DNA of 64,000 nt, from contig CAYZYT010000007.1 of assembly GCA_964482725.1 (NCBI GenBank), positions 87,945-151,944 on the forward strand, given 5' to 3'. Made by a program: the position numbers and the translations under genes. The notes under the pieces were generated by a model. The model ran no database searches. It was not told the origin of the DNA and saw only the letters and a program-made list of their open reading frames with translations. The stretch is from an uncultured bacterium (GTDB taxonomy: Bacteria; Omnitrophota; Omnitrophia; Omnitrophales; Aquincolibacteriaceae). Shown piece by piece: positions 1-10,248 of the stretch (positions are counted from its first letter, which is position 1; each line of letters opens with the position of its first letter).

Positions 1-8
1 TGGGCGTC

Positions 9-1019
9 ATGAAACTTGTTCGAACGATTATTTTTATTCTTCTCTTCGCCGTTGTCGTGGCGATATATCTTTTTCAAGTACGCCTCGCCAAACAAACTCT
101 TTTGATCATTCCCGATGAAGTGAACCGAACGGTTTCGATCTCCAAAAACGATCTGATCGATCGAGTGGAATTGAGCGATCATGTCCAAAAGACAAAGATC
201 GTGCTTCGGAAAAAGAATGGGGTTTGGGAGCTCGAGCGTCCGGTCCGCTATCCGGCGGAGAGCCCGGTCGTGGAAGGCTTTGTGATCGCGGCAAGGATGG
301 CATCCAAACAGCCGCGGTTGCGGGCTGAGAAAGAATGGGGAGAATACGGGCTTGCGAAACCGGAGTTTGAGATCCTGTTCGGTCTTCCCGGGAAAAGGGT
401 TGTGACACTTCTCATCGGTGCTCAGGCCCCTGTCGGGAAGGCGGTGTTTGCCCGATGGGCGGAGGAGCGCGGATTTTTTCTTTTGCCCCCTGAGATGAAG
501 TCGATGTTCCGTCAAAGCGTCTATGGACTGCGTCAAAAGCGCCTGTTCCGTGCTCCGGTCGAAACGATCCGGAAAATCTATGTGGAGATGGGGGAGCACA
601 GCTACGAGTGGAAAAAAGAGGGTTCTCAGTGGTATTGGTTTGAGCCCGTGGCGAAATTTGGCCAGAAGGTTCCGGCCGGGCGTATCGACCTTGTGCTGGA
701 AGGTCTCCAGAATCTTCATGTGAGAGAATTTCAGGACAACAACAAAAAGTCTAAAGCGGAGCTTGGGTTCTTCATGATCCATGATTGTATTTGGGTCGAG
801 TTCGAAGATGGGAAACGAGAAACATTTTATTTTGGAAATGAAGCCCCTGAGAAGAATGCCTATTACGGATTTCGTGAAGGTGAGGATGTGGTCTTTTTTG
901 TAGATCGGGCGAACGTGGTAGAGTTTTTTGACTTCATGCGAAATATCCGGGTGGAGGATCCAAAACTTGAGACGAAGGATCTGAGGCCGCAGACAAAGGA
1001 CTTAACCCCCAAGCCATGA
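9..1019 (+). CDS. Hypothetical membrane-anchored protein. It has a single N-terminal TM helix and a ~300 aa extracytoplasmic domain.
   Basis: ORF of 336 aa. Hydrophobic N-terminus MKLVRTIIFILLFAVVVAIYLF. No recognisable catalytic motif. Its stop overlaps the yggS start (ATGA). Confidence 0.5.
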   Translation: MKLVRTIIFILLFAVVVAIYLFQVRLAKQTLLIIPDEVNRTVSISKNDLIDRVELSDHVQKTKIVLRKKNGVWELERPVRYPAESPVVEGFVIAARMASKQPRLRAEKEWGEYGLAKPEFEILFGLPGKRVVTLLIGAQAPVGKAVFARWAEERGFFLLPPEMKSMFRQSVYGLRQKRLFRAPVETIRKIYVEMGEHSYEWKKEGSQWYWFEPVAKFGQKVPAGRIDLVLEGLQNLHVREFQDNNKKSKAELGFFMIHDCIWVEFEDGKRETFYFGNEAPEKNAYYGFREGEDVVFFVDRANVVEFFDFMRNIRVEDPKLETKDLRPQTKDLTPKP

Positions 1020-1708
1020 ATATTCCCCAAGCTCTTCAAGAGCTTCAAGCTTCCATCGGCCAAACGGCTCTGCAATCGGGTCGTGCTCCTGGAGATGTTC
1101 AGCTTATCCTAGTGACAAAGACCGTCGAACCGCGGCTCGTCCTCGAGGCCTACCAGACGGGCCCAAGGGATTTCGGAGAGAACCGTGTCCAAGAGTGGCA
1201 GGAGAAAAAGGATGCGCTTCCTCGGGATATCCGTTGGCACTTGATCGGGCATCTTCAAACAAACAAAGTGAAGTCGGTGGTCGGCCAGATCGCGCTCATC
1301 CATTCGCTGGATCGACTTGAACTTGCGGATGCGATTGAGAAGCAGGCGAAGGTCAAAGGGATCGCGGAAGTTCCGTGCCTCCTGCAGGTCAACATGTCCG
1401 GAGAAGAAAGTAAGTTTGGGCTCGATCCGGCCGGCGCGGAAGATTTTTTAAAGCAAATGTCCCTGAGGCCGTCGGTCAAGATACGAGGGTTGATGAGCAT
1501 CGGACCGCTTACAGAAGATGAGGGGATGATCCGCGAGTGTTTTCGAAAGACTCGGGAGCTTCAGCAGGATTTAAAGAAGAAATTTCCCCACTTGAGCTTG
1601 GACATTCTTTCCATGGGGATGTCGGCCGATTACAGAATAGCTATTGAAGAAGGCGCAAATATGCTTAGAATTGGCTCTTTGGTCTTTCCGAGGGATGTTA
1701 ACAAATGA
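1016..1708 (+). CDS. yggS: YggS-family pyridoxal-phosphate homeostasis protein (alanine-racemase-N-like PLP-binding fold)
   Basis: 230 aa. Typical YggS N-terminal pattern (LILVTKT...FGENRVQE...HLIGHLQTNK). 4-nt overlap with the upstream and downstream genes. Confidence 0.8.
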   Translation: MNIPQALQELQASIGQTALQSGRAPGDVQLILVTKTVEPRLVLEAYQTGPRDFGENRVQEWQEKKDALPRDIRWHLIGHLQTNKVKSVVGQIALIHSLDRLELADAIEKQAKVKGIAEVPCLLQVNMSGEESKFGLDPAGAEDFLKQMSLRPSVKIRGLMSIGPLTEDEGMIRECFRKTRELQQDLKKKFPHLSLDILSMGMSADYRIAIEEGANMLRIGSLVFPRDVNK

Positions 1709-2520
1709 AGACACTAGGGAATAAGAAGATCGGTGTTGCCGGCGTGGGAAATATGGGCGCCTCGATTCTGGAAGGTGTGCTCAGTAGGCGTCTTACAACT
1801 CCTTCCTGCGTATGGGTTTATGATAAGGCTGCGGCTAAGGCCCGATCTTTTGCTCGCCGGTATCATGTGGGGCAAGCCTCTTCCGTCGCGGAACTGCTGA
1901 AAAAGACGGATGTGGTGTTGCTCGCCATGAAGCCCCAGGATTTTTCTTTATTTGCAACAGAGAACCGTTCTTTTTTTAAGTCGGGGCAGTGCGTGATATC
2001 GATCCTGGCAGGTCTGACGACAGCAAAGATCAAAAAGGCTCTTGGTAAAAAACTTACGATTGTTCGGGTCATGCCGAACCTAGGTGCAAAGGTGGGCCAC
2101 TCCATGACCGTGATCTGCGGGCAGAACAAAACGGGCCTTTCTTTGGCTGAAACACTTTTCTCCGGATGCGGGGAAGTGGTGACGCTTCGGGAAAAAATGC
2201 TGGATCTTGTGACCGCGGTGAGTGGGAGCGGACCGGCCTACTTTTTCCATCTCATGGAGCTTTTAGCGGATTTTGGTGTAAAGCAGGGTCTTCCTCCCCA
2301 GGTGGCCGGTGTTTTGGCCGTTCAAACGGGACTGGGATCCGCGCTTTTGGCGAAGAGCTCCAAGGAATCCTGTGCACAGCTGCGGGAACGGGTGACCTCG
2401 AAAAAGGGGACCACGGAGGCTGCTTTGAAAGCGCTCAAGCGTAAAAAATTCGGATCTATTTTTCAATCAGCTCTCAAAGCCGCCATGAACCGGAGCCGCG
2501 CATTGCGGCAAGGGAGCTAA
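1705..2520 (+). CDS. proC: Pyrroline-5-carboxylate reductase
   Basis: 271 aa. Rossmann GxGxxG motif (IGVAGVGNMGASI) and the conserved ProC C-terminal dimerisation region (VSGSGPAYFFHLMELLAD...TSKKGTTEAAL). Confidence 0.85.
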   Translation: MKTLGNKKIGVAGVGNMGASILEGVLSRRLTTPSCVWVYDKAAAKARSFARRYHVGQASSVAELLKKTDVVLLAMKPQDFSLFATENRSFFKSGQCVISILAGLTTAKIKKALGKKLTIVRVMPNLGAKVGHSMTVICGQNKTGLSLAETLFSGCGEVVTLREKMLDLVTAVSGSGPAYFFHLMELLADFGVKQGLPPQVAGVLAVQTGLGSALLAKSSKESCAQLRERVTSKKGTTEAALKALKRKKFGSIFQSALKAAMNRSRALRQGS

Positions 2521-2831
2521 TGTTTATTCTGGGGGAATTCTTTTACGCACTCGCGAACATCGTGAATTTTGTCGGGACAGCCATCTATTTTTTAATCATT
2601 GCCCGAGTGATCATCTCTTGGCTGTCGGCCGATCCTTATAATCCGATCGTTCAGTTTATCACCCAAATCACAGAGCCTGTTTTTTCGCTATGCCGCCGGT
2701 TGCCGCTCCGGATCGGAATGATGGATTTATCTCCGATCGTGGCTTTGGTCGCGGTCATTATGGTTCAAAGGATTCTGGTCGGGATATTGGTTTCCATGGC
2801 AAGTCGGTTCGGGTCTGCCCCCGGATTGTGA
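2520..2831 (+). CDS. yggT: YggT-family membrane protein
   Basis: 103 aa, two TM segments. Conserved yggS-proC-yggT neighbourhood. Confidence 0.7.
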   Translation: MFILGEFFYALANIVNFVGTAIYFLIIARVIISWLSADPYNPIVQFITQITEPVFSLCRRLPLRIGMMDLSPIVALVAVIMVQRILVGILVSMASRFGSAPGL

Positions 2832-2893
2832 AACTCCGGAAACTCGCGAGACCGATAGGGGTCTTTTAAAAATCAAAAGAAGGAGAGAAGCGA

Positions 2894-3742
2894 ATGCCGA
2901 TGAAATTTTTTTGTAAGAAGAAGACTTCCATGATGCAAAACATAGAAAAATGTTTGGCCTATATCCATCGAAGGACTTCTTTTCAGCCCGAGATCGCCTT
3001 GATCCTTGGAACCGGGCTTGGAGACCTCGCCAAGCGCATCAAAGCCGAAAAGGTCTTTCAATATGAGGAACTTCCTTTTTTCCCCAAGACCACGGTCCAG
3101 TCCCATAGCGGGAAACTTATTCTCGGTGAATTGGGTGGCAAGAAAGTTGCGGCCATGGAGGGCCGGTTCCATTTTTACGAAGGGTATTCTCTCGAGGAAG
3201 TGACGTTTCCGGTTCGGGTGCTCCGGCAATTAGGGGCGAAGATCCTGGTCGTTTCGAACGCTGCGGGGGGCTTGAACCTCAGCTACAAAAAAGGCGAGAT
3301 CGTCACCATTACGGACCAAATCAATTTTATGGGTGTGAATCCGCTGGTGGGACCGAATGAGGAGAAACTCGGCCCCCGGTTCCCGGACATGTATGAACCG
3401 TATTCGAAGCGGCTGGTGGAATTGACGGCGCTTGCAGCCCAAGAAGCCCGGGTCGCGATCAATCGGGGTGTTTATATCGGGGTGACGGGGCCTTGCCTTG
3501 AAACACGCGCGGAGTATCGCATGATGCGTCAATGGGGCGCGGATCTTGTCGGGATGTCCACGGTGCCGGAGGTGATCGTGGCCACGCATATGGGCATGGA
3601 AGTGTTGGGGGTCAGTGTGGTGACGGATGTTTGCGATCCGGATCATCTAGAACCCTGTGATATTAAGGAAATCATCAAGACCGCCAACGAGGCGGGACCG
3701 AAGCTGGATAAATTGATCACGGCAGCGATTTCCAAGTTCTAA
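2894..3742 (+). CDS. Purine nucleoside phosphorylase / MTA phosphorylase family (PNP-I, PunA-like)
   Basis: 282 aa. Motifs LILGTGLG, GRFHFYEGY, ITDQINFMGVNPL, GMSTVPEVIVA are typical of trimeric PNP/MTAP enzymes. Confidence 0.8.
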   Translation: MPMKFFCKKKTSMMQNIEKCLAYIHRRTSFQPEIALILGTGLGDLAKRIKAEKVFQYEELPFFPKTTVQSHSGKLILGELGGKKVAAMEGRFHFYEGYSLEEVTFPVRVLRQLGAKILVVSNAAGGLNLSYKKGEIVTITDQINFMGVNPLVGPNEEKLGPRFPDMYEPYSKRLVELTALAAQEARVAINRGVYIGVTGPCLETRAEYRMMRQWGADLVGMSTVPEVIVATHMGMEVLGVSVVTDVCDPDHLEPCDIKEIIKTANEAGPKLDKLITAAISKF

Positions 3743-3820
3743 GTACCAGGTACTATGTGCCAAGTACGGATGCATAACGAGTACTTAGCATATGGTACAT
3801 AGTACTTGGTGAAAGAAAAA
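3742..3820. promoter_or_regulatory. Cluster of GTAC-core palindromes and inverted repeats in the ileS 5' leader. Candidate operator or structured leader.
   Basis: Perfect 6-1-6 palindrome AGTACC-A-GGTACT at 3742-3754. AAGTAC(3762-3767)-N13-GTACTT(3781-3786). CCAAGTAC (3760-3767) pairs with GTACTTGG (3802-3809). GGTACATAGTAC at 3794-3805. Confidence 0.35.
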
Positions 3821-6649
3821 ATGAGCGAAGCGAAGAATTATAAAGACACACTTAATCTTCCGCAAACGCCTTTTCCCATGAAAGCGAATCTGGCTCAGCG
3901 CGAGCCGGAAATGCTTAAAAACTGGGAGGCCGAAGGTGTGTATGCTGCGATCCGCGCGAAGTCCGCGGGCAAGCCCAAGTATGTCCTTCATGATGGTCCT
4001 CCCTACGCGAATGGTCACATCCATATCGGGCACGCGCTCAATAAGGTTTTAAAAGACCTCATCGTGAAATACCAGACCATGCGCGGCCATGACGCGCTTT
4101 ATGTTCCGGGCTGGGACTGCCACGGGCTTCCGATCGAACATGCCTGCTTAAAAGAAATGGGCAAGCGCAAAGAGGAAGTGGACCGGGTTGAGTTTCGCCA
4201 GCAAGCACGAAAATATGCGGAAAGATTCGTGGAGATCCAGCGCGAAGGGTTCAAAAGGCTCGGGATCTTCGGGGAGTGGGACCAGCCCTACCTGACCATG
4301 AACTACGGGTATCAGACTTCGATCGCAGCATCTTTCCTTAAGCTTTATGAGGACGGTTTCATCGAACAACGCTTGAAACCCGTTCCTTGGTGCTATGACT
4401 GCGATACGGCGCTGGCGGAAGCCGAGCTTGAATACGAAGATAAGATCTCCAAATCGGTCTATGTGAAATTCCCCTTGGAAGATTCCAAGAACCTTCTTCA
4501 GCTTCCTTCCGGGACGACGGTCTCTTTGTTGGTATGGACCACTACGCCTTGGACTTTGCCGGCGAATGTCGGAGCGGCCGTGCATCCGGAGCTCGAATAC
4601 GGGATTTTTCAAAAAGGGAACGAGGCTTTTATCTTCGCCAGGGCCCTTGAGCAGAAACTAAAAGACAAGATCGACCTCAGTGGCTTCAAGGGCGTCAAGT
4701 CCGTGACCGGGCAGGAACTCAAGGGGCTGGAATATCAGCACCCTTTTTTGGGCCGAAAAGGAAAAGTGATTACGGCGGATTATGTGTCAAGTGAGGACGG
4801 CACGGGGATCGTCCATATCGCGCCGGGACACGGGGAAGACGACTATAAGCACGGACATCTGGAGCACGGCTTGCCGATCCTTTCCCCCGTGGATTCGAGG
4901 GGGAAGTTCACTGAAGAATTCTCTTTTTGCAAAGGCGAGCATGTCTTTAAAGCTAATCCCAAGATCACAGCTCTCTTAGCCGAGAAAGGGTTACTTCTGA
5001 AAGAGGAAGACTACCCGCACAGTTACCCGCATTGTTGGCGCTGCAAAAAGCCGATCCTTTTCCGTGCGACCACGCAATGGTTCATGAAGATCGACCATCA
5101 AGATCTACGCAAACGCATGCGCGGGGCTATCGAGAAAGACATCCAGTTCATTCCCGATTGGGGCAAGAACCGTATCGGGGCTATGGTGGAAACGCGCCCC
5201 GAATGGTGTCTCTCCCGTCAGCGGTATTGGGGCGTGCCGATCCCGGTGATCCGTTGCAAGCATTGCACGGGGGTGCACTTCGTCAAGGAATCCAAGGCGA
5301 AGATCCTGGAGCTGTTTGAAAAAGAGGGGGCGGACGCTTGGTTCGCGCATCCGGCGGAAGCCTTTCTTCCCCCAAACATCCAATGCCCGAAATGTCACAA
5401 AAGCGAATTTGAAAAAGAAACCGATATTATTGATGTCTGGTTCGATTCGGGAGTGAGCCATCAAGCCGTGCTCCACCGGCATCCGGGACTTCGGTATCCC
5501 GCCGACCTTTATCTCGAGGGTTCCGACCAGCACCGGGGGTGGTTCCAAAGCGCGCTCACCACTTCAATGGCGCTTGAGAACAAAAGTCCGTTCAAGAGCG
5601 TTCTGACCCATGGGTTCGTCATGGATGGCCAGGGGAAGAAGATGTCAAAATCCGCGGGCAATGTCGTGACCCCTCAGGATGTGATGAAAGAATTCGGGGC
5701 CGACGTGCTTCGTCTTTGGGTGACCTCCTGCGATTACCAGTTCGATGTCCGGCTTTCCAATGAGATCTTAAAACAGCTGGTGGATACCTACCGCAAGATC
5801 CGTAATACGTTCCGCTATTTTCTCTCGAATCTTTATGATTTTGAGCCCGCGAAACATGCCGTTTCTTATGAAAAGCTGCATTCCCTCGATCGATGGGCGA
5901 TGGCCAAGGCCGATCATTTGGTTGCGTCAGTGACGGATCTCTACGAACGCTTTGAATTCCATGAGATCTATCGCGAGGTCTACGATTTCTGCGTGGTGGA
6001 CTTGAGCGCTTATTACCTGGATGCTTTGAAGGATACTCTCTATACCGCGGCCCCGGATTCCTGGCTTCGCCGCTCCGCCCAGACGGCGTTCTTTTATATC
6101 CTGTCGCGCTTGGTGAAGATCGTGGCACCTATTTTGCCGTTCACTGCCGATGAGGTTTGGAAATCGTACAAGCTCGAAGAAGGTGTCACGACGGTTCATG
6201 CAAGCTCCTGGCCTGTTGCCTCGGGCGTTAAAACGGGGAATGATTTCCGCGATTGGGAACATCTCCGTGAGGTCCGTAATGCGATCACTCCTTTCCTTGA
6301 AAAAAAGCGCGAGGCCAAGGAGATCGGGGCGGGGCTTGAGGCGAAGGTGATCTTCACTGCAGAAGATCCGGAATCAGCCGAAATATTACACAAATATGAA
6401 AAAGAGCTTGCTCGTGTCTTTGTCGTGTCCCAGGTTGTTCTGGAAACAAAACCCGTAGAGGGGATGGAGGCGGCCGAAGGTCTTTCCTCGGCGCTCCAGA
6501 AGAAATTCGGGTTGCAGGTCCTTGTGACCAAAGCGGAAGGTTCAAAATGCGTTCGTTGCTGGAATTACTCGTCCTCCCTCGGTCAGGATCCTGAGCATGC
6601 TGCGCTCTGTCCTAAATGCGTTGAAGCGATCCGGGGAAGCCAATCGTGA
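3821..6649 (+). CDS. ileS: Isoleucyl-tRNA synthetase (type 1, with C-terminal Zn finger)
   Basis: HIGH motif ([15 protein letters not shown]) and KMSKS ([10 protein letters not shown]). C-terminal CxxC...CxxC. The track ORF starts at TTG 3806. I prefer ATG 3821 ([16 protein letters not shown]), which matches canonical IleS N-termini. Confidence 0.95.
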   Translation: MSEAKNYKDTLNLPQTPFPMKANLAQREPEMLKNWEAEGVYAAIRAKSAGKPKYVLHDGPPYANGHIHIGHALNKVLKDLIVKYQTMRGHDALYVPGWDCHGLPIEHACLKEMGKRKEEVDRVEFRQQARKYAERFVEIQREGFKRLGIFGEWDQPYLTMNYGYQTSIAASFLKLYEDGFIEQRLKPVPWCYDCDTALAEAELEYEDKISKSVYVKFPLEDSKNLLQLPSGTTVSLLVWTTTPWTLPANVGAAVHPELEYGIFQKGNEAFIFARALEQKLKDKIDLSGFKGVKSVTGQELKGLEYQHPFLGRKGKVITADYVSSEDGTGIVHIAPGHGEDDYKHGHLEHGLPILSPVDSRGKFTEEFSFCKGEHVFKANPKITALLAEKGLLLKEEDYPHSYPHCWRCKKPILFRATTQWFMKIDHQDLRKRMRGAIEKDIQFIPDWGKNRIGAMVETRPEWCLSRQRYWGVPIPVIRCKHCTGVHFVKESKAKILELFEKEGADAWFAHPAEAFLPPNIQCPKCHKSEFEKETDIIDVWFDSGVSHQAVLHRHPGLRYPADLYLEGSDQHRGWFQSALTTSMALENKSPFKSVLTHGFVMDGQGKKMSKSAGNVVTPQDVMKEFGADVLRLWVTSCDYQFDVRLSNEILKQLVDTYRKIRNTFRYFLSNLYDFEPAKHAVSYEKLHSLDRWAMAKADHLVASVTDLYERFEFHEIYREVYDFCVVDLSAYYLDALKDTLYTAAPDSWLRRSAQTAFFYILSRLVKIVAPILPFTADEVWKSYKLEEGVTTVHASSWPVASGVKTGNDFRDWEHLREVRNAITPFLEKKREAKEIGAGLEAKVIFTAEDPESAEILHKYEKELARVFVVSQVVLETKPVEGMEAAEGLSSALQKKFGLQVLVTKAEGSKCVRCWNYSSSLGQDPEHAALCPKCVEAIRGSQS

Positions 6650-6694
6650 AACAAAGGGGATCCCCCCATTTTTAAAAAAGATGCTTCGTCCCAT

Positions 6695-8230
6695 GTGAGA
6701 ACTCCGAAGACGGTCCTGAAAAAGGTTCTGGTCGGTCTTGTGCTCTTCTTCTTGGGAGCTTTGGCCGCTTACCTGCTTCCTTTCCTGATCCCTGCCTCCG
6801 GCATTTCGAATCCCTGGGTGCACCATCCGCTGCTTCCGATCCTCGTGATGACCGTGATCTTTGTGACGGCCTATAAATCCACGGAACGGTTGGTTAAGAA
6901 ATTTCTCGAAAAGTATTTCTTCCATAAAAAAACATTTGCTCAGATGACCTTGATGGATCTGGCGGGCGATCTTGCCGTGAATTTAGACCTTCAGGAGATC
7001 TCGAACCTGGTGGTGAATACGTTCGGTGAGGTTTTGCAGCTGAAGACCGTGGCACTGCTCGTTTCGGATCCGCTCCAAAATAATTTTGAGGTCGCGTCAG
7101 CTTATGGATGGACGATCTCGGCTTCCAAAAAGATCCGTCTCGCGGCGGATACGCCGCTTTTAAGAGCGATCCATCAGACGGGACCCCATGTCCTGATGCG
7201 CGGTCCGATCCTTCAGAGCCTTTCCTGGCAGGAAGCGACTGCCCTGGCGCGTGATCTTGATTCTTTGCAAGCCGCCTGGGTCATTCCGCTGTTCGTGAAA
7301 GGGGAGCTCGTGGGGCTTCTCGCGTTCGGGGCGCTAGTGCCGGATACCGTGTTTGACCAGGGGGACTTCCATTTCTTCCGGGAATTTGCAGCCGCGATCG
7401 CTCCTTGTGTGCATAACGCCTTGGTGGTGAAACGGTTGAGGCAGCTTAATTTTGAGTTACAGGATTCTCAATCCCATTGGGTCCAGAAAACAAAATTGAA
7501 CGCGATCGAGAAGTTGGCCGCCGGGATTGCTCATGAGATCCATAATCCTTTAGCCATCATTTCCGGAAAGGCCCAGGTTCTGCTCATGCAAAAAGGGCCC
7601 AAGCAGCTTGAGACGAATGTTCAGGACGCGCTTAATACGATAGTGAAGCAAACGCGCCGGGCGGCCGATATAACAAGGAAGCTTTTGATGTATTCTCAGG
7701 GGTCTCGGGGGCCGCAAGAGGGGATCTTTCTGGAAAAAGTGCTGGATGAGACACTTTCGCTTTTGGCCTATCAGGCTTCGATCGATAAGATCGAGATCGT
7801 CAGGAATCTGGACCCGGAGCTGCCGGCGTTTTTTGGGAATATGCAGGAGATGCGGGAGATCTTCCTCAATCTGCTTCTGAATGCCGTGGAAGCGGTGGGG
7901 ACCGAGGGGAAGATCGTTGTGGAATTGAAGTATCGCCGGGATGAGGAGCTTATTGAAATCGTGTGTTCGGACACGGGGAAAGGGATCCCGGCCGAACATC
8001 TTGATAATGTTTTCAATCCGTTCTACACCACGCGCCACGAAGCGGTGGGACTCGGACTTTTCGTGACCAAACAGATCGTGCATCGCTGTGGCGGCTCGAT
8101 CCGCGTTGAAAGTCAGGTGGGGGTCGGCAGCATGTTCATCCTTCAATTGCCGTACGTGGCAGAAACGGCAAGGAATGCGGATGCGGAAAAGGCTGGCGGA
8201 TCGTTTTTGGGGGCCCGAAGAGAATTTTGA
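6695..8230 (+). CDS. Membrane-bound sensor histidine kinase (2 TM, GAF-like, HisKA and HATPase_c domains)
   Basis: H-box IAHEIHNPLAIISG. N/G1/G2 boxes LLLNAVEAV, DTGKGIP, GLGLFVTKQIV. Two N-terminal hydrophobic helices. Confidence 0.85.
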   Translation: MRTPKTVLKKVLVGLVLFFLGALAAYLLPFLIPASGISNPWVHHPLLPILVMTVIFVTAYKSTERLVKKFLEKYFFHKKTFAQMTLMDLAGDLAVNLDLQEISNLVVNTFGEVLQLKTVALLVSDPLQNNFEVASAYGWTISASKKIRLAADTPLLRAIHQTGPHVLMRGPILQSLSWQEATALARDLDSLQAAWVIPLFVKGELVGLLAFGALVPDTVFDQGDFHFFREFAAAIAPCVHNALVVKRLRQLNFELQDSQSHWVQKTKLNAIEKLAAGIAHEIHNPLAIISGKAQVLLMQKGPKQLETNVQDALNTIVKQTRRAADITRKLLMYSQGSRGPQEGIFLEKVLDETLSLLAYQASIDKIEIVRNLDPELPAFFGNMQEMREIFLNLLLNAVEAVGTEGKIVVELKYRRDEELIEIVCSDTGKGIPAEHLDNVFNPFYTTRHEAVGLGLFVTKQIVHRCGGSIRVESQVGVGSMFILQLPYVAETARNADAEKAGGSFLGARREF

Positions 8231-8291
8231 AGGTGAACCTGAAATGTTTTCAATCAATGTCAAACCACACTCACGCGGGAGGAATGCCAAG

Positions 8292-8666
8292 ATGAATAAA
8301 TTATTGATCGTGGATGACGAGATCGAGATCTGTGAATTCTTAAAATCTTTTTTTGAGGACCGCGATTTTAACGTTGCGGTGGCGCATGACGGGAACCAAG
8401 CCCTTGAACAGATGACTCTTTTTCATCCGGAGGTCGTGCTCCTGGATATTCAGATGCCGGGGCTGGACGGTCTTCAAACGTTGAAAAAGATCAAGGAATT
8501 GTATCCCAAGGCGAAGGTCATCATGGTGACTGCCGTGGAGACTCAGGAGAAGATCGAGGAAGCGATGAGGCTTGGAGCGGATAACTACATCACCAAGCCG
8601 TTGAGTCTTGAGTATCTTGAAAAAGATGTTCAGGACAAGATCGATATTCTTGCCAAGGGTTGCTAA
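8292..8666 (+). CDS. Single-domain response regulator (CheY-like receiver)
   Basis: MNKLLIVDDE...LLDIQMPGLDG...KVIMVTA. GGGAGG RBS at 8276-8281. The track ORF extends upstream to 8088 without support. Confidence 0.8.
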   Translation: MNKLLIVDDEIEICEFLKSFFEDRDFNVAVAHDGNQALEQMTLFHPEVVLLDIQMPGLDGLQTLKKIKELYPKAKVIMVTAVETQEKIEEAMRLGADNYITKPLSLEYLEKDVQDKIDILAKGC

Positions 8667-8845
8667 TCTTCCAGGGCCCTCGGGAGATGTCCCGGTCCGG
8701 TTTTCGTTGAATGGTGAGTAAAAGTAATACCTCTCTGTCGGAGTTTTTGCGTCCTGGATTTCTGTTGCTCAAAAAAATGGGAGTTCTTGCTTGTCTTTAG
8801 AGTGAGGCCCCAGGAAAAAATCCCGCATGACGGGAGAGATTTTTT

Positions 8846-10120
8846 ATGACGACAAAAGGGAATCCTTCGAACGCCTCCAAATTCAATTATCAGGAAGTCC
8901 TTCGGGATGTGGCTCGAAGCATGGTGCGTCTCAAACGGCCGGACCGTCTTCTCAAGCTCATCACACGCTTCATCGACCGGCAGTTTGGTCTCGCGCATGC
9001 CTCCCTCCTGATCTTCGATCCGAAGAAGGACCACTATGCCTTCGTCAATTCGAAAGGGACTAAACGTCTCCCGATGGGGCTTGTGAAATTTGATGCGAAA
9101 CATCCTCTTGTCCAGTGGTTCTCGGGATTTCAGAAGAAGCTTCCGGTCCAGAAAGATTTTCTTTTTCTTTCCGATGTGAATAAAATGCTTTCCCGCGCGG
9201 AATTCCGGATGGCCTCCAATTCTAAGGGAGATCAGCTCCTGGGAATCCAGAAGACGATGCAGGATCTGAAGGTGGATTTGCTAGTGCCCGGTTATTTTAA
9301 GGATACGCTCGTGGGGTTGTTGATGCTGGGGCGGCGCGTGAACGGCCGTTGTTTCACCACGCAAGAAGTCACGTTCTTCCAGACGCTTGCGCATGATTGC
9401 TCCATGGCGGTTAAGACTGCGGAATATAACCAAAATCTTGTCGAGCAGAATCAAGAGCTTGCGAGGCGTCTTGAAGAGATCGAGAGAATGCGCAATAAGG
9501 AACAACGGACCTATTATGAGATCATGCGCTCGCTCGCCGAAGAGGTTCACGCCAAGGAGCCTTATATTTTTGGCCATGTCTCGGAAGTGGAACGCCTTGG
9601 TATGATGACGGCGCGCGAAATGGGGATGGACCTTTCCGGGGCGAAAAAGGACCTGCTTTCCGCGGCGCTCATCTTGCATGATGTCGGAAAGATTGGGATC
9701 CCGGATAATATCCTCTGTAAGCCGGGGCAGTTGACCCAGGAGGAGTGGCGGGTCATGAAGACCCATGTGGAAAAAGGGGCCAGGATCCTTGAACCGCTGA
9801 CGGATTTCAAAAAGGTCCGCGAGATCATTATGGCGCATCACGAGCGTTTTGACGGGAGCGGGTATCCTCGAGGGCTCAAGGGGGATGAGATCTCGATCGA
9901 AGCGCGCATCATCTGCGTGGTGGATAGTTTTCACGCCATCGTTTCGTCCCGGTGCTACCGGGAAGGACGGTCGATTGATTTTGCCATCCATGAGGTCCAG
10001 AATTGCGCGGGCGCCCAGTTCGATCCGGTCGTCGTCGATGCCTTTTTGAGGGCCTTGAAGAAGGAACTTCAGAAAAAAGGCGAGATCCCAAGTGCTTTGG
10101 CCGAATACGCCGCTGATTAA
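8846..10120 (+). CDS. GAF-domain HD-GYP phosphohydrolase (putative c-di-GMP phosphodiesterase)
   Basis: HD motif (LILHDVGKIGIPD) and the HHERFDGSGYP signature of HD-GYP domains. N-terminal GAF-like region. Confidence 0.8.
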   Translation: MTTKGNPSNASKFNYQEVLRDVARSMVRLKRPDRLLKLITRFIDRQFGLAHASLLIFDPKKDHYAFVNSKGTKRLPMGLVKFDAKHPLVQWFSGFQKKLPVQKDFLFLSDVNKMLSRAEFRMASNSKGDQLLGIQKTMQDLKVDLLVPGYFKDTLVGLLMLGRRVNGRCFTTQEVTFFQTLAHDCSMAVKTAEYNQNLVEQNQELARRLEEIERMRNKEQRTYYEIMRSLAEEVHAKEPYIFGHVSEVERLGMMTAREMGMDLSGAKKDLLSAALILHDVGKIGIPDNILCKPGQLTQEEWRVMKTHVEKGARILEPLTDFKKVREIIMAHHERFDGSGYPRGLKGDEISIEARIICVVDSFHAIVSSRCYREGRSIDFAIHEVQNCAGAQFDPVVVDAFLRALKKELQKKGEIPSALAEYAAD

Positions 10121-10248
10121 TCGCCTTATTTTTGTGGACTTATCGCTTGCGTCTCCCATAGGGCATCAGTATAATGCCGCCTCAATTGTATAAGGGCGAA
10201 GGCGAACCGCGTGACGTTTCAATTTCAAGGAAAGTGAGTTAAACCTTT

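Noticed and set aside
8088-8291. Upstream 68-codon extension of the response-regulator ORF (also a similar extension of the 45322 ORF to 45450)
   Set aside because: The extensions are Arg-rich, overlap the preceding genes and lack an RBS. The internal ATGs at 8292 and 45451 are preceded by GGGAGG / a good RBS and give normal-length products.
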